A stretch of 14,998 nt of DNA from Nitrospinales bacterium (GCA_046757665.1 JBHHYO010000065.1:1-14998); one strand, 5' to 3'; counted from the first letter of the stretch, positions 6,366 through 14,760 are shown. Notes: generated from the letters alone by a model not told the origin. Program-made: numbers and translations.

Positions 6366-8534
6366 TTATTCCCGCCGGACCTGCCATCCTTCCCAAAAAA
6401 GCGCCAGCGCCATCAGCAGTAAAAACGGCGTCGTCAAGGGAGTTCCCTTTGTTTCCATTTCCAGTTTGGATTTTTGGGCGGCATAATCGGTTATCGTAAC
6501 GGCGCCCAGCCCACTCAGGATTTTCCGGATTTCTTCGTTGGATATTTTTTCCGCGTTCGACTCCCGGGTGTCCACATTAACGGCAAAACCGCCGATCTTT
6601 TCCGAATCCACGGGCAACCGCACATTTTTTTTCGGCGACGGTTTGCCGGCGGCGCCCGGCCCCGTGGCGGCTGGGACGGAAGAACGGTAAACCCGGTACA
6701 CGCCGGGACGATACGACGGCGGAAACGCTTTCTCCCCGGCATCTTTTTCCACAAGCCGGACTCTTCCGTCGAGGGTTTCCAGGTAAAAGGACCCGGCATC
6801 GCTCATTTCCTCATCCAGCACAAAAGACCGGCCCACCAGCACGTCCTGCCGGACAATGCTTCCCAGACTGCGCGCCGAGTATTTGACCCAGCGCTGAACC
6901 CAGGGGAGAAACGTCGGTTGGATGGGAAAGTCGTTCCAATCCCGGTCAATACTGGAAACGAACAGAATCGTTTTTCCTTTTCCAAACGAAAACTCCACCA
7001 CGGCGGGCAATCCGTTTTTAAAACGCATGGGAATGTTTGGACTGCGGCCGGTCCGCGGGCTGACCTTGTAAAGCGCGAAAAAGCGTATGCCACTCATTTC
7101 CTTTCGTATCCTGCCCTTGAACGGCTTCAAGACGGGATGGTCGCTGGGTTCCGTTAAAAAGTGGAAGGGCTTGTCCTCCCTGGACGGCCGATTCAGGGAT
7201 TCAAGATTCACCGGTAGAAGGTTTCCCATCTTTTCGTTGTAGAATTTGGGATCGACCTTGTCTCCGAGTGAGATAATCAACGCACCGCCCCGCATCACGA
7301 ACTCTTCCAGCTCCAATTCATACTGGATGGGAAGTGCGCGCACGTTGCAAAGCATGATCACGGAATAAAGCCGCAGATTGCGGGTGGACAATTCGTCCAG
7401 GGTGGAAATGGTGGGTTTGATGTCGGAGAACGATCCATAAAAAGGGTTCAAGGCGCGTTCCAGATAGAACGTTTCGCTTTGATGAGCCACCATATTGGGG
7501 TCGCCATCCACGACCAGCACGTTTATTTTACGGTCCGGCTGATAGGTAAAATACCGGCGGTTGTCGGCGGCCAGGGCGTCATCGGCGATTTCCACGAAAC
7601 CCTCCACCGATTCGTTGCCGGGCAGGGGAAACGAGAATTCATTGTCCACAACAGAGCCCGGCGGCAAGTCCAGTAAAACTTCGCTTTCCTTTTTACCATT
7701 GATCCACAAAGTTAAAGGAACTCCGCGAAGGGCGCTTTTCGGCAGTAGATTGGCAACGCTCGCCTTCAAGCGAATGATCCGGCTGTCGGTGAGAAATTCC
7801 TGGGTCATTGCGACCTGGGTCACCGCGGCCCGGTTTTTGCCCTTCTGCCGCCCGGAAAAATCCATGACCTTGACGGCTATGGAGTCATCGGCTTGTTTGG
7901 GAAAACTTTTCACGTCCCAACCGTTTTTATCCCGGTCGGTCAAAATGAAAATCCTTTTGGTTTGCTGGGATGCGGTTTCCAGCAGTTTCTGCGCCTCCGA
8001 GACGGCATGGCCGATATCCGTGGTCCGGTGGGAAGGTTGGGCCAACTTGAGCTTGTTGAACAGCATTTCCCGGTCTCTGACCCAATCCAGCAGGACTCTT
8101 CCGGGAGCCGATGCCGAAACCAGGCTGAAGGAACTGTCGGGCGAAATGTTTTTCAAGGTATTCGCCAGGGTCTTCAGGGCTTCCGCGTACACCGTTTTAT
8201 TTTCCGCCCGCTTTCCCATGCTGTAAGAATCGTCCAGGATAAAAACGTTCGCCGAGGCTACAGGCGAAAGAAATTCATCCGAGGGACCCAGGGAAAATAT
8301 CGGATTCGCCAACGCCAGGCTGAGGCAGATGATGGCCAGGCAACGAAACAACAACAGGAGCAGACGATTGGGCCTGGACCTTTTGATCGACCGCTTTTCG
8401 GATTGGAAAAGGAGATAGACCGCGGAAAACTTGATGCGGGTTTGCCGGCGGCGCGTCAGCAGGTGCACCAGGATGGGAAGGCTGATGCCCAGCAAACCGA
8501 GCAAATAAGCCGGTGAAATAAAATTGAGGTTCAT
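6366..8534 (-). CDS. BatA N-terminal + von Willebrand factor A domain membrane protein (MoxR-associated type)
   Basis: 722 aa. BatA-like N-terminus (LPILVHLLTRRR...FSAVYLL...LLLFRCLAIICLSLALANP), vWA MIDAS FILDDSYSM, IFILTD, DALAADNRRY, class I GATase-like segment (LEEFVMRGGALIISLG), C-terminal TM ending EGWQVRRE. Start overlaps the DUF58 stop (ATGA). Confidence 0.88.
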   Translation of the reverse strand: MNLNFISPAYLLGLLGISLPILVHLLTRRRQTRIKFSAVYLLFQSEKRSIKRSRPNRLLLLLFRCLAIICLSLALANPIFSLGPSDEFLSPVASANVFILDDSYSMGKRAENKTVYAEALKTLANTLKNISPDSSFSLVSASAPGRVLLDWVRDREMLFNKLKLAQPSHRTTDIGHAVSEAQKLLETASQQTKRIFILTDRDKNGWDVKSFPKQADDSIAVKVMDFSGRQKGKNRAAVTQVAMTQEFLTDSRIIRLKASVANLLPKSALRGVPLTLWINGKKESEVLLDLPPGSVVDNEFSFPLPGNESVEGFVEIADDALAADNRRYFTYQPDRKINVLVVDGDPNMVAHQSETFYLERALNPFYGSFSDIKPTISTLDELSTRNLRLYSVIMLCNVRALPIQYELELEEFVMRGGALIISLGDKVDPKFYNEKMGNLLPVNLESLNRPSREDKPFHFLTEPSDHPVLKPFKGRIRKEMSGIRFFALYKVSPRTGRSPNIPMRFKNGLPAVVEFSFGKGKTILFVSSIDRDWNDFPIQPTFLPWVQRWVKYSARSLGSIVRQDVLVGRSFVLDEEMSDAGSFYLETLDGRVRLVEKDAGEKAFPPSYRPGVYRVYRSSVPAATGPGAAGKPSPKKNVRLPVDSEKIGGFAVNVDTRESNAEKISNEEIRKILSGLGAVTITDYAAQKSKLEMETKGTPLTTPFLLLMALALFWEGWQVRRE

Positions 8535-9448
8535 CCTTTGTAGAGGCTTTTCCGCCTCAGCAGATAATAGTTCAGGGCCTGGTCCAGAGGCGTCGATGTT
8601 TCCAGAAACACGTAATCCACGCCCAGTGAGGGAAAAGTCTTTCTATAGGAATCAATCTGATCTTGCACAATTTTCTTATATGCCTTTCGAATATCCGCCG
8701 GGTTAACGCCGACCTCGGGGTCATCTTCCAGGGATTCAAAAACGATATCGCCCTCAAAAGGCAGGTTGACTTCATCCGGATCGAGGAGGTGAAACAGGAT
8801 AATCTCCAGGCCGTGGGAGCGCATTAACTTGAGGTTTTTATACAGGTCGTCCTCCCGGGTCAGCAGGTCGGAGATAAAAATGATCATGCTGTGGCCGGGC
8901 AGGGATTCAATGATGTTGTTGATGACGTTGCCTATTCGGGTGACTCCCCGAGGTTCGAGCGTTTCCAGTTCATGAACGATGTGCTGAAAATGGGACGGTT
9001 TGTAACGCGCCGGAATATGATTGACGACCCGGTCGTTGAACGTCAGGAGTCCAACCCCGTCAAACTGGTGCAACACAATATAGGATAACGCGGCCACGAG
9101 CGTTTGCGCGTATTCCATTTTGGTCATGGCTTGCGATGTCCGATAGGGAGACGTGTAGGCCATGGAACCGCTGGCATCCAGCAGGATGGTGCACTTGAGG
9201 TTGGTCGATTGCTCGAACTGCTTGACGTAACATTTGTCCGTTTTGCCCACCAGCTTCCAGTCGATATGCCTGGTATCGTCGCCGGGGGTATAATCCTTGT
9301 ATTCGGCAAACTCTACGCTGGACCCCTTGTGGCGGCTTTTGTGCTGTCCGGACAGGTAACCCTCGACAAGGTGTCTGGAGCGGATGCTGAGCGAAGCGAT
9401 TTTTGCCAGGATGTCGGGATCGTAAATAGTTTTGGCGTCATTGGGCAT
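8531..9448 (-). CDS. DUF58-family protein (vWA-like, MoxR-associated)
   Basis: Start revised to ATG 9448 (305 aa). G.HKSRHKGSSVEFAEYKDYTPGDDTRHIDWK, YVKQFE, LLDASGSM, IFISDL. Confidence 0.92.
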   Translation of the reverse strand: MPNDAKTIYDPDILAKIASLSIRSRHLVEGYLSGQHKSRHKGSSVEFAEYKDYTPGDDTRHIDWKLVGKTDKCYVKQFEQSTNLKCTILLDASGSMAYTSPYRTSQAMTKMEYAQTLVAALSYIVLHQFDGVGLLTFNDRVVNHIPARYKPSHFQHIVHELETLEPRGVTRIGNVINNIIESLPGHSMIIFISDLLTREDDLYKNLKLMRSHGLEIILFHLLDPDEVNLPFEGDIVFESLEDDPEVGVNPADIRKAYKKIVQDQIDSYRKTFPSLGVDYVFLETSTPLDQALNYYLLRRKSLYKG

Positions 9449-9455
9449 ATTCAAA

Positions 9456-9484
9456 AACGTATGTAATTTTGCGGGCTTTGTCAA
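9456..9484 (-). promoter_or_regulatory. Putative sigma70 promoter for DUF58-batA (likely leaderless transcript)
   Basis: Minus strand TTGACA (9484-9479) - 17 nt - TACGTT (9461-9456), then only 7 nt to the ATG at 9448. Confidence 0.65.
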
Positions 9485-9516
9485 GCACAGGACGTTCAAA
9501 TCATCCGTCCCGGCAA

Positions 9517-9545
9517 TTTCAACTCTGATTCCAATATGATAAGCT
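9517..9545 (+). promoter_or_regulatory. Possible divergent promoter (extended -10) for the heme/FGE gene
   Basis: TTTCAA (9517-9522) - 17 nt - TAAGCT (9540-9545), preceded by TGn. GGAG at 9571-9574 lies upstream of ATG 9585. Confidence 0.35.
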
Positions 9546-9584
9546 GGCGGGAATTTAGAACGTTTTGAGTGGAGCCCATCATCC

Positions 9585-10646
9585 ATGCCCCGATTTTCAA
9601 CCGGCAAGATAAAGCCCTGCCTGCTTCCCGCAATGCTTCTCGGGATGTGCCTTGCGGGACCGGCGAACGCTTTTGAGCGGTTTGCCCACTCCCATGGGGA
9701 AAAATGCCAGACCGCCTGCCACCAGCCGGAGAACATCGCTCAGGCAAGGGCGGACAAGTTCACGGTTTCGCCGTGCAAGGACTGCCATTCCGGAAAAGGG
9801 CCGTCCTATTCGCCATTCCGGAGCGCTCCGAAAAGGCTGTTTCTGGCAAGCAACGCGAGCGGCGGAAAACCGGCCGGCCAGCCGGCCAAAAAAACACAGC
9901 GCACGGCTCGCCAGGCGGTTGCTCCCTCCACCCCCCAACCGCCGCCCGGGATGGCCTTTGTCCCCGCCGGCGAATTCATCATGGGCTCCAACGACCGCTG
10001 GGACGACGAATCCCCTGAACATATCGCCTCCACCGGCGCGTTTTTCATCGATATTTATGAAGTCACAAACCGCGACTACAAAAAATTTGTCGCGGCCACC
10101 GGGCACGCGCCCCCTTTCCACTGGCCAAACGGGGAAATCCCCAAAGACAAGGAAAATCATCCCGTAGTTTACGTCAACTGGTTCGACGCAACGGACTACT
10201 GCGCCTGGGCGGGCAAGCGCCTGCCCACGGAACAGGAATGGGAAAAAGCGGCACGCGGCGAGGAAGGAAACATCTACCCCTGGGGAAACATCTGGGATGT
10301 GAACAAATCCAACAACCCTTACAAACATTCCACGGGAACGGAACCCGTGGGTTCCTATCCCGAGGGCAAAAGCCCCTACGGACTGTATGACATGTCCGGC
10401 AACGTCTGGGAATGGGTGAACAGTTATTACCGCCCGCATCCCGGGAACACCATTCCCCGGCCGGAATACGGACAGCAAAACCGGGTCCTGAAAGGAGGCT
10501 CCTGGTTCGACTGCCTTTCCTACGGATGCGGGCTGAGCGCGCCCAATTTCAACCGCAGTTTTTTCACCCCCGAAGTCCGCAACAACAGCTTCGGTTTCCG
10601 TTGCGCCAAAACCGCTACGAATGCGCCAACAGCAAAGAATCCCTGA
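9585..10646 (+). CDS. Secreted FGE-sulfatase-domain protein with N-terminal putative diheme cytochrome c module
   Basis: 353 aa. Sec signal ending ANA; CQTACH (CX3CH, 9705-9722) and CKDCH (CXXCH, 9774-9788); Ala/Pro/Lys-rich linker; FGE motifs FIMGS, HPVVYVNWFDA, RLPTEQEWEKAARG, YDMSGNVWEWV, KGGSWFDCLSYGC, FGFRCA. Confidence 0.9.
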   Translation: MPRFSTGKIKPCLLPAMLLGMCLAGPANAFERFAHSHGEKCQTACHQPENIAQARADKFTVSPCKDCHSGKGPSYSPFRSAPKRLFLASNASGGKPAGQPAKKTQRTARQAVAPSTPQPPPGMAFVPAGEFIMGSNDRWDDESPEHIASTGAFFIDIYEVTNRDYKKFVAATGHAPPFHWPNGEIPKDKENHPVVYVNWFDATDYCAWAGKRLPTEQEWEKAARGEEGNIYPWGNIWDVNKSNNPYKHSTGTEPVGSYPEGKSPYGLYDMSGNVWEWVNSYYRPHPGNTIPRPEYGQQNRVLKGGSWFDCLSYGCGLSAPNFNRSFFTPEVRNNSFGFRCAKTATNAPTAKNP

Positions 10647-10661
10647 AACCCACAGACCAAC

Positions 10662-10847
10662 ATGGCCATTTTTCCTTTCAAGTCATCCGGCGCCGACATC
10701 AGCCCCATTCGCAAATTTTTTGTCTGGGCGTTCATAATCGGTTTCTGGCTACTTTTTTACTGGTACAACGGAGCGTTTGAGCAATCGCCCGAACCTCAAG
10801 ACCAAAAAGAGCCGCGCATCGAAAAGCGCGATAACAAGCCGTTTTAA
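10662..10847 (+). CDS. Small single-TM hypothetical protein
   Basis: 61 aa, ATG 15 nt after the previous stop, one aromatic-rich hydrophobic helix (FFVWAFIIGFWLLFYWY) and a charged tail. Confidence 0.6.
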   Translation: MAIFPFKSSGADISPIRKFFVWAFIIGFWLLFYWYNGAFEQSPEPQDQKEPRIEKRDNKPF

Positions 10848-10901
10848 GCCCCTGGCGAAAATCGGCAAACGTTGGAAAAAGGTTAAACAGTCAAAAATCG
10901 C

Positions 10902-10930
10902 TTGCTATTTGTTGCCGGCCCCGCTATAAA
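10902..10930 (+). promoter_or_regulatory. Putative sigma70 promoter upstream of thpR-recA
   Basis: TTGCTA (10902-10907) - 17 nt - TATAAA (10925-10930) in intergenic DNA. Confidence 0.45.
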
Positions 10931-11004
10931 AAACAAGTCGGAGCCGCGCTCCGGACCCCGGTTCCGGGATCAGGAAGACACGCAAAATCAAAAAGGTTTT
11001 TATC

Positions 11005-11136
11005 CTGGTTTCGTTGCGGAAGTTCGCGTAATTCGGTTCACGCTTCGACGGGCTCAGCGTGACAGCGAATGTGTCGTCCTGAGCCTGTCGAAGGGCGGCT
11101 TTTTTCTCACGCTTATTTTTTGCAACGAAGTGCCAG
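11005..11136. repeat. Long imperfect palindrome (MITE-like) carrying a REP-like hairpin
   Basis: Inner arms CTTCGACGGGCTCAGCGTGACA (11043-11064) / TGTCGTCCTGAGCCTGTCGAAG (11072-11093), 18/22 complementary. Outer arms TTCGTTGC (11010-11017) / GCAACGAA (11122-11129) and CTGG (11005-11008) / CCAG (11133-11136). Confidence 0.75.
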
Positions 11137-11155
11137 ATGGGGCGGGGTTTGATCC

Positions 11156-11728
11156 ATGGCGCAAACCATCCGCGCATTCATCGCCATCGATCCGCCTCCC
11201 CCGGTTATTCAAACAATTGCCGAGATACAGGATCGATTTAAAACGCTGGGGTTGGATGCCTCTTGGGTCAAACCCAAAAACATACACCTGACATTGCGGT
11301 TTTTGGGCAACATCAGCCCCCAACAGATATCCGAAATAAAACTCCGTTTGGCGGAAACCGCGAGTGAAGCAAGCGCCTTTGAATTTTCCTTGAGTCACAT
11401 CGGCGTGTTTCCGAATCTGAAGCGCCCCAGAGTTTTATGGGTTGGGCTGGAAAATCCCGACAATTCACTGGAAGCCCTGCAAAAAAAAGTTGACGGGCAA
11501 ATCCAGGCCCTGGGGTTTCCGCCGGAATCAAAACAATCCGTTCCGCACCTGACCCTGGCGAGGATCAAATCCCGCAGGAACACCGATGGGTTGCGCCGCG
11601 AAATTGAATCCGCGGGGGAGATCGCCTCGGGGCCGATGAAAGTCTCATCGATCAAATTATATCAAAGCCGGTTGACCCCTCGCGGTTCCCTGTACACCGT
11701 CTTGGGAAATTTCACATTGAAGAGCTGA
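11156..11728 (+). CDS. thpR: RNA 2',3'-cyclic phosphodiesterase (2'-5' RNA ligase, 2H family)
   Basis: 190 aa. IRAFIAI, two HxT motifs ([19 protein letters not shown]), FP....[20 protein letters not shown]. Typical position upstream of recA. Confidence 0.93.
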   Translation: MAQTIRAFIAIDPPPPVIQTIAEIQDRFKTLGLDASWVKPKNIHLTLRFLGNISPQQISEIKLRLAETASEASAFEFSLSHIGVFPNLKRPRVLWVGLENPDNSLEALQKKVDGQIQALGFPPESKQSVPHLTLARIKSRRNTDGLRREIESAGEIASGPMKVSSIKLYQSRLTPRGSLYTVLGNFTLKS

Positions 11729-11771
11729 AATTTGTTATGTTGGTTTTGAAACCCAGCAAGGAGGATCTAAA

Positions 11772-12839
11772 GTGGGGACAAAGGAAAATAAAGAACGGGC
11801 GCTTGAATTGGCATTCACACAAATCGAAAAACAATTCGGCAAGGGAGCGATCCTGAAACTGGGCAAGGCCGAAGCGCAAAAAGGCATCGACGTTATTTCC
11901 ACGGGTTCCATTTCCCTGGACCATGCGTTGGGCGTGGGGGGAATCCCGCGCGGCCGCATCACGGAAATTTACGGCCCGGAGGCTTCGGGCAAGACCAGCC
12001 TGTCCCTGCACGTCATCGCCGAAGCCCAGAAGGCGGGAGGGGTCGCCGCGTTCATCGACGCCGAACATGCCATCGACCCCGCCTACGCCCAAAAACTGGG
12101 GGTGCAACTGGATGACTTGCTGTTATCGCAACCGGACACCGGAGAACAAACCCTGGAAATCGCGGAAGTCCTGGTGCGTAGCGGCGCGGTGGATGTGATC
12201 GTCGTCGATTCCGTGGCCGCCCTGGTGCCCAAGGCGGAACTGGACGGCGACATGGGCGATTCGCATATGGGCCTGCAAGCGCGTCTCATGTCCCAGGCCA
12301 TGCGCAAGCTGACCGGCGTCATCAACAAATCCCATACCGCCTTGATCTTCATCAATCAAATCCGCATGAAAATCGGCGTGATGTTCGGCAACCCGGAAAC
12401 CACCACCGGCGGCAACGCGCTTAAATTTTATTCCTCCGTGCGCATAGACATCCGCCGCATCGCGGCATTGAAAGACGGCGAACACACCATAGGAAACCGC
12501 ACGCGCGTCAAGGTCGTCAAAAACAAAGTGGCCCCGCCTTTTAAAAACTGCGAATTCGACATCCTCTATGGAGAAGGCATTTCCAAATTCGGCGACGTAC
12601 TCGACCTGGGCGTCCAGCATGAAATCATCACAAAAAGCGGAACATGGTATTCCTACGGCGCGGACCGGATCGGCCAGGGACGCGAAAACGCGCGGAATTT
12701 TCTGAAAAGCAATCCGGATATTTATAACGAAATCGAGCACAAACTGCGCGAAAAGCTGGGCCTGCCCTCTTCCCCTTCGGCCAATGGCGGCGGCGAACAA
12801 CCCGATCCGACCGCGAAAGGTTCCCGAAAAACCAAATAA
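11772..12839 (+). CDS. recA: Recombinase RecA
   Basis: 355 aa, GTG start with AAGGAGG RBS (11758-11764). Walker [74 protein letters not shown]. No intein or intron seen. Confidence 0.99.
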   Translation: MGTKENKERALELAFTQIEKQFGKGAILKLGKAEAQKGIDVISTGSISLDHALGVGGIPRGRITEIYGPEASGKTSLSLHVIAEAQKAGGVAAFIDAEHAIDPAYAQKLGVQLDDLLLSQPDTGEQTLEIAEVLVRSGAVDVIVVDSVAALVPKAELDGDMGDSHMGLQARLMSQAMRKLTGVINKSHTALIFINQIRMKIGVMFGNPETTTGGNALKFYSSVRIDIRRIAALKDGEHTIGNRTRVKVVKNKVAPPFKNCEFDILYGEGISKFGDVLDLGVQHEIITKSGTWYSYGADRIGQGRENARNFLKSNPDIYNEIEHKLREKLGLPSSPSANGGGEQPDPTAKGSRKTK

Positions 12840-12860
12840 CCGTCTATCTGAAAACACCTC

Positions 12861-13322
12861 ATGGCGGAGCGAAACGATTTTGCGCGGGCTCGCTCTCTGG
12901 CCCTCAAATACCTCACGTACCGCGACCGCTCCCAGGCCGAAATGATGAACTACCTGGCAACCAAGGAAATCCCGAAAAATGTCACCCGCGAAATCATTCG
13001 CTACTTGAAAAATCTTGACTACATCAACGATGACCGGTTCGCCCTCAACTGGGGCAAATCCCGCGTCAAAAACAAACAACTGGGAAAACACCGCCTGCAA
13101 CGGGAACTCCTGGCGAAAGGAGTGCCCCGGGAGAAAGTTTCACGGGCGCTCCAGACGGTGTATTCCCATGTCGATGAATTTCAATTGGCTCAATCCTGCG
13201 CTGAAAAAAAAATGCGCCAGTGCGAAAACCTCGATGCCGAAACCCGCAACCGCCGCATAGCGCAATTTCTGCAACGCAAAGGCTTTTCCGGCCAGATCAT
13301 TTTTAAAATTCTCAACCCATGA
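12861..13322 (+). CDS. recX: Regulatory protein RecX
   Basis: 153 aa directly after recA. ALKYLTYRDRS..E, YINDDRFA, G..RLQRELLAKGV, FLQRKGFS. Confidence 0.95.
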   Translation: MAERNDFARARSLALKYLTYRDRSQAEMMNYLATKEIPKNVTREIIRYLKNLDYINDDRFALNWGKSRVKNKQLGKHRLQRELLAKGVPREKVSRALQTVYSHVDEFQLAQSCAEKKMRQCENLDAETRNRRIAQFLQRKGFSGQIIFKILNP

Positions 13323-13351
13323 AAAACCACCCTTAAAACCTGCGTCGTCGA

Positions 13352-14125
13352 ATGGAATTATTGCAAATACACGGGCTGGTCACGGCCTATGTCTTTATCG
13401 TCGGGTTGGCGATCGGCAGTTTTCTCAACGTCTGCATTTATCGACTGCCGCGCGACGAATCGATCCTCTTTCCCCGCTCGCATTGCCCGTCCTGCAACGC
13501 GCAAATCCGGGCCAGGGATAATATCCCGGTGATCAGTTACCTTGTGCTGGCGGGGAAATGCCGTCATTGCCGTAGCGCCATTTCCCCCGTCTATCCCGCG
13601 GTGGAAATCGTTACCGGAGCGTTGCTGGCGGTGCTTTACTATAAATTCGGTTTCACCTGGCAAACATTGATCTATGCGGTGGTCCTCCCCGCCCTGGTGG
13701 TGATCACCATGATCGACCTCGAACATAAAATCATCCCGGACATCATCACCCTGCCCGGAATTATATTTGGCCTGGCGGCGGGATATTACCTGGTCGGCTG
13801 GCGCGATTCCCTGATCGGGCTTGCCGTCGGTGGAGGCCTGTTCTATTTGCTGGCCGTGCTCAGCCGGGGCGGCATGGGCGGCGGGGACATCAAATTCATT
13901 GCCGGCGCCGGGGCATTGCTCGGATGGCAAAAAGTGCTCCTGATCATTTTTCTTGGCGCGTTTCTCGGCTCCTGCGTCGGCCTGCCGCTGATCCTGATGA
14001 AAAAGAAAAGCCGTAAAAGCCAAATCCCGTTCGGCCCCTTCCTGGCCGCTGGAACGCTTATCGCCATATTCTTCGGCAACGACCTCATTCGCCTTTACCT
14101 GGGAACCGTAACGGGAGTATTCTAA
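13352..14125 (+). CDS. pilD: Type IV prepilin peptidase / N-methyltransferase (A24 family)
   Basis: 257 aa. GSFLNVCIYRLP, Zn motifs CPSC and CRHC, catalytic Asp motifs IDLEHKIIPD and GMGGGDIK, IPFGPFL, multiple TM helices. Confidence 0.96.
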   Translation: MELLQIHGLVTAYVFIVGLAIGSFLNVCIYRLPRDESILFPRSHCPSCNAQIRARDNIPVISYLVLAGKCRHCRSAISPVYPAVEIVTGALLAVLYYKFGFTWQTLIYAVVLPALVVITMIDLEHKIIPDIITLPGIIFGLAAGYYLVGWRDSLIGLAVGGGLFYLLAVLSRGGMGGGDIKFIAGAGALLGWQKVLLIIFLGAFLGSCVGLPLILMKKKSRKSQIPFGPFLAAGTLIAIFFGNDLIRLYLGTVTGVF

Positions 14126-14176
14126 AATAGCCGTGTCCGAAACCGCATTATCAATCACCTAACCGGAAAGAAAAAC

Positions 14177-14737
14177 ATGCAAGCATCATCCGAAAACTCC
14201 GAACCGAAACAAAACGTCCAGGAACAATTCGACCAGTTGCGGTCCACCATCAGGAGTCTCGCCTCGGAACTCGAAACGATAAAAGAAAATATTCAAAAAA
14301 GAAAACGTGAAACGACCACATTAAAAATCATGCTCTATACCGGACTTTTTCTGCTCATGGTCGGCTTCATTTATTCCAATACCACCTTGCAGAGGGTGCA
14401 ATTGAAAAGCTTGGAGGAAGACTTTCAGGCGCTGACCCGGCAATCGAATCAGGACCTGACCGCGGTGCAGAATGTTATTTTCAGGCAAATGCGGCGGCTG
14501 AAGGACGAATTGAAAAATGGCCCGGCGGGAAAACAGAACGAAAACAGACTGCGCGAGACCCTGGCCGGCGCGACGAGCGCCGTCGCGCACATCCGGCCCG
14601 CCGATCCGGAATTTCAAAAACTGGTTGAGCAGTTCGCCCTGGATTCCGACGCCCTGCTCCAATCCTTCGCGCAATCTAAAAAGGAACCGGCCCCCGGGAA
14701 AGAAACCGAAAACGACAAAACACCGCCCGGGAAATAA
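14177..14737 (+). CDS. Hypothetical coiled-coil membrane protein
   Basis: 186 aa. Heptad-like segments flank one TM helix (IMLYTGLFLLMVGFIY). Same strand as, and closely following, pilD. Confidence 0.75.
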   Translation: MQASSENSEPKQNVQEQFDQLRSTIRSLASELETIKENIQKRKRETTTLKIMLYTGLFLLMVGFIYSNTTLQRVQLKSLEEDFQALTRQSNQDLTAVQNVIFRQMRRLKDELKNGPAGKQNENRLRETLAGATSAVAHIRPADPEFQKLVEQFALDSDALLQSFAQSKKEPAPGKETENDKTPPGK

Positions 14738-14760
14738 GAAGGGATAGCACCACCAAGTAA

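Noticed and set aside
9449..9736. 96-aa N-terminal extension of DUF58 in the ORF track
   Set aside because: It overlaps the divergent heme/FGE gene and the promoter region. Family similarity starts at MPND (9448).
3741..10646. FGE-fold (C-type lectin-like) C-termini as DGR variable regions
   Set aside because: FGE-fold proteins are known DGR targets, but there is no non-coding template copy of either 3' end and no RT/avd in the window. Similarity between the two genes is ordinary paralogy at conserved motifs.
192..11093. Repeats at 192-259 and 11039-11093 as CRISPR repeats or integron attC sites
   Set aside because: Only two dispersed loci about 11 kb apart, arranged as inverted arms. No regular repeat-spacer array, cas genes or integrase, and no clear attC core-site geometry.
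10902..11398. ORFs 10902-11291, 10905-11177, 11054-11398 and also 181-459
   Set aside because: They translate the palindromic repeats (LSLSK / FDRLR-type peptides) and/or overlap thpR or the SGNH gene, so they are probably spurious.
11772..12839. Intein or intron in recA
   Set aside because: The protein has normal length and contiguous conserved motifs.
12123..13100. Long antisense/shadow ORFs (12123-13100, 13358-14158, 5166-6134, 9597-10478, 1608-2402 and others)
   Set aside because: They lie opposite well-supported genes, have no recognisable motifs, and are expected from GC-rich codon bias.
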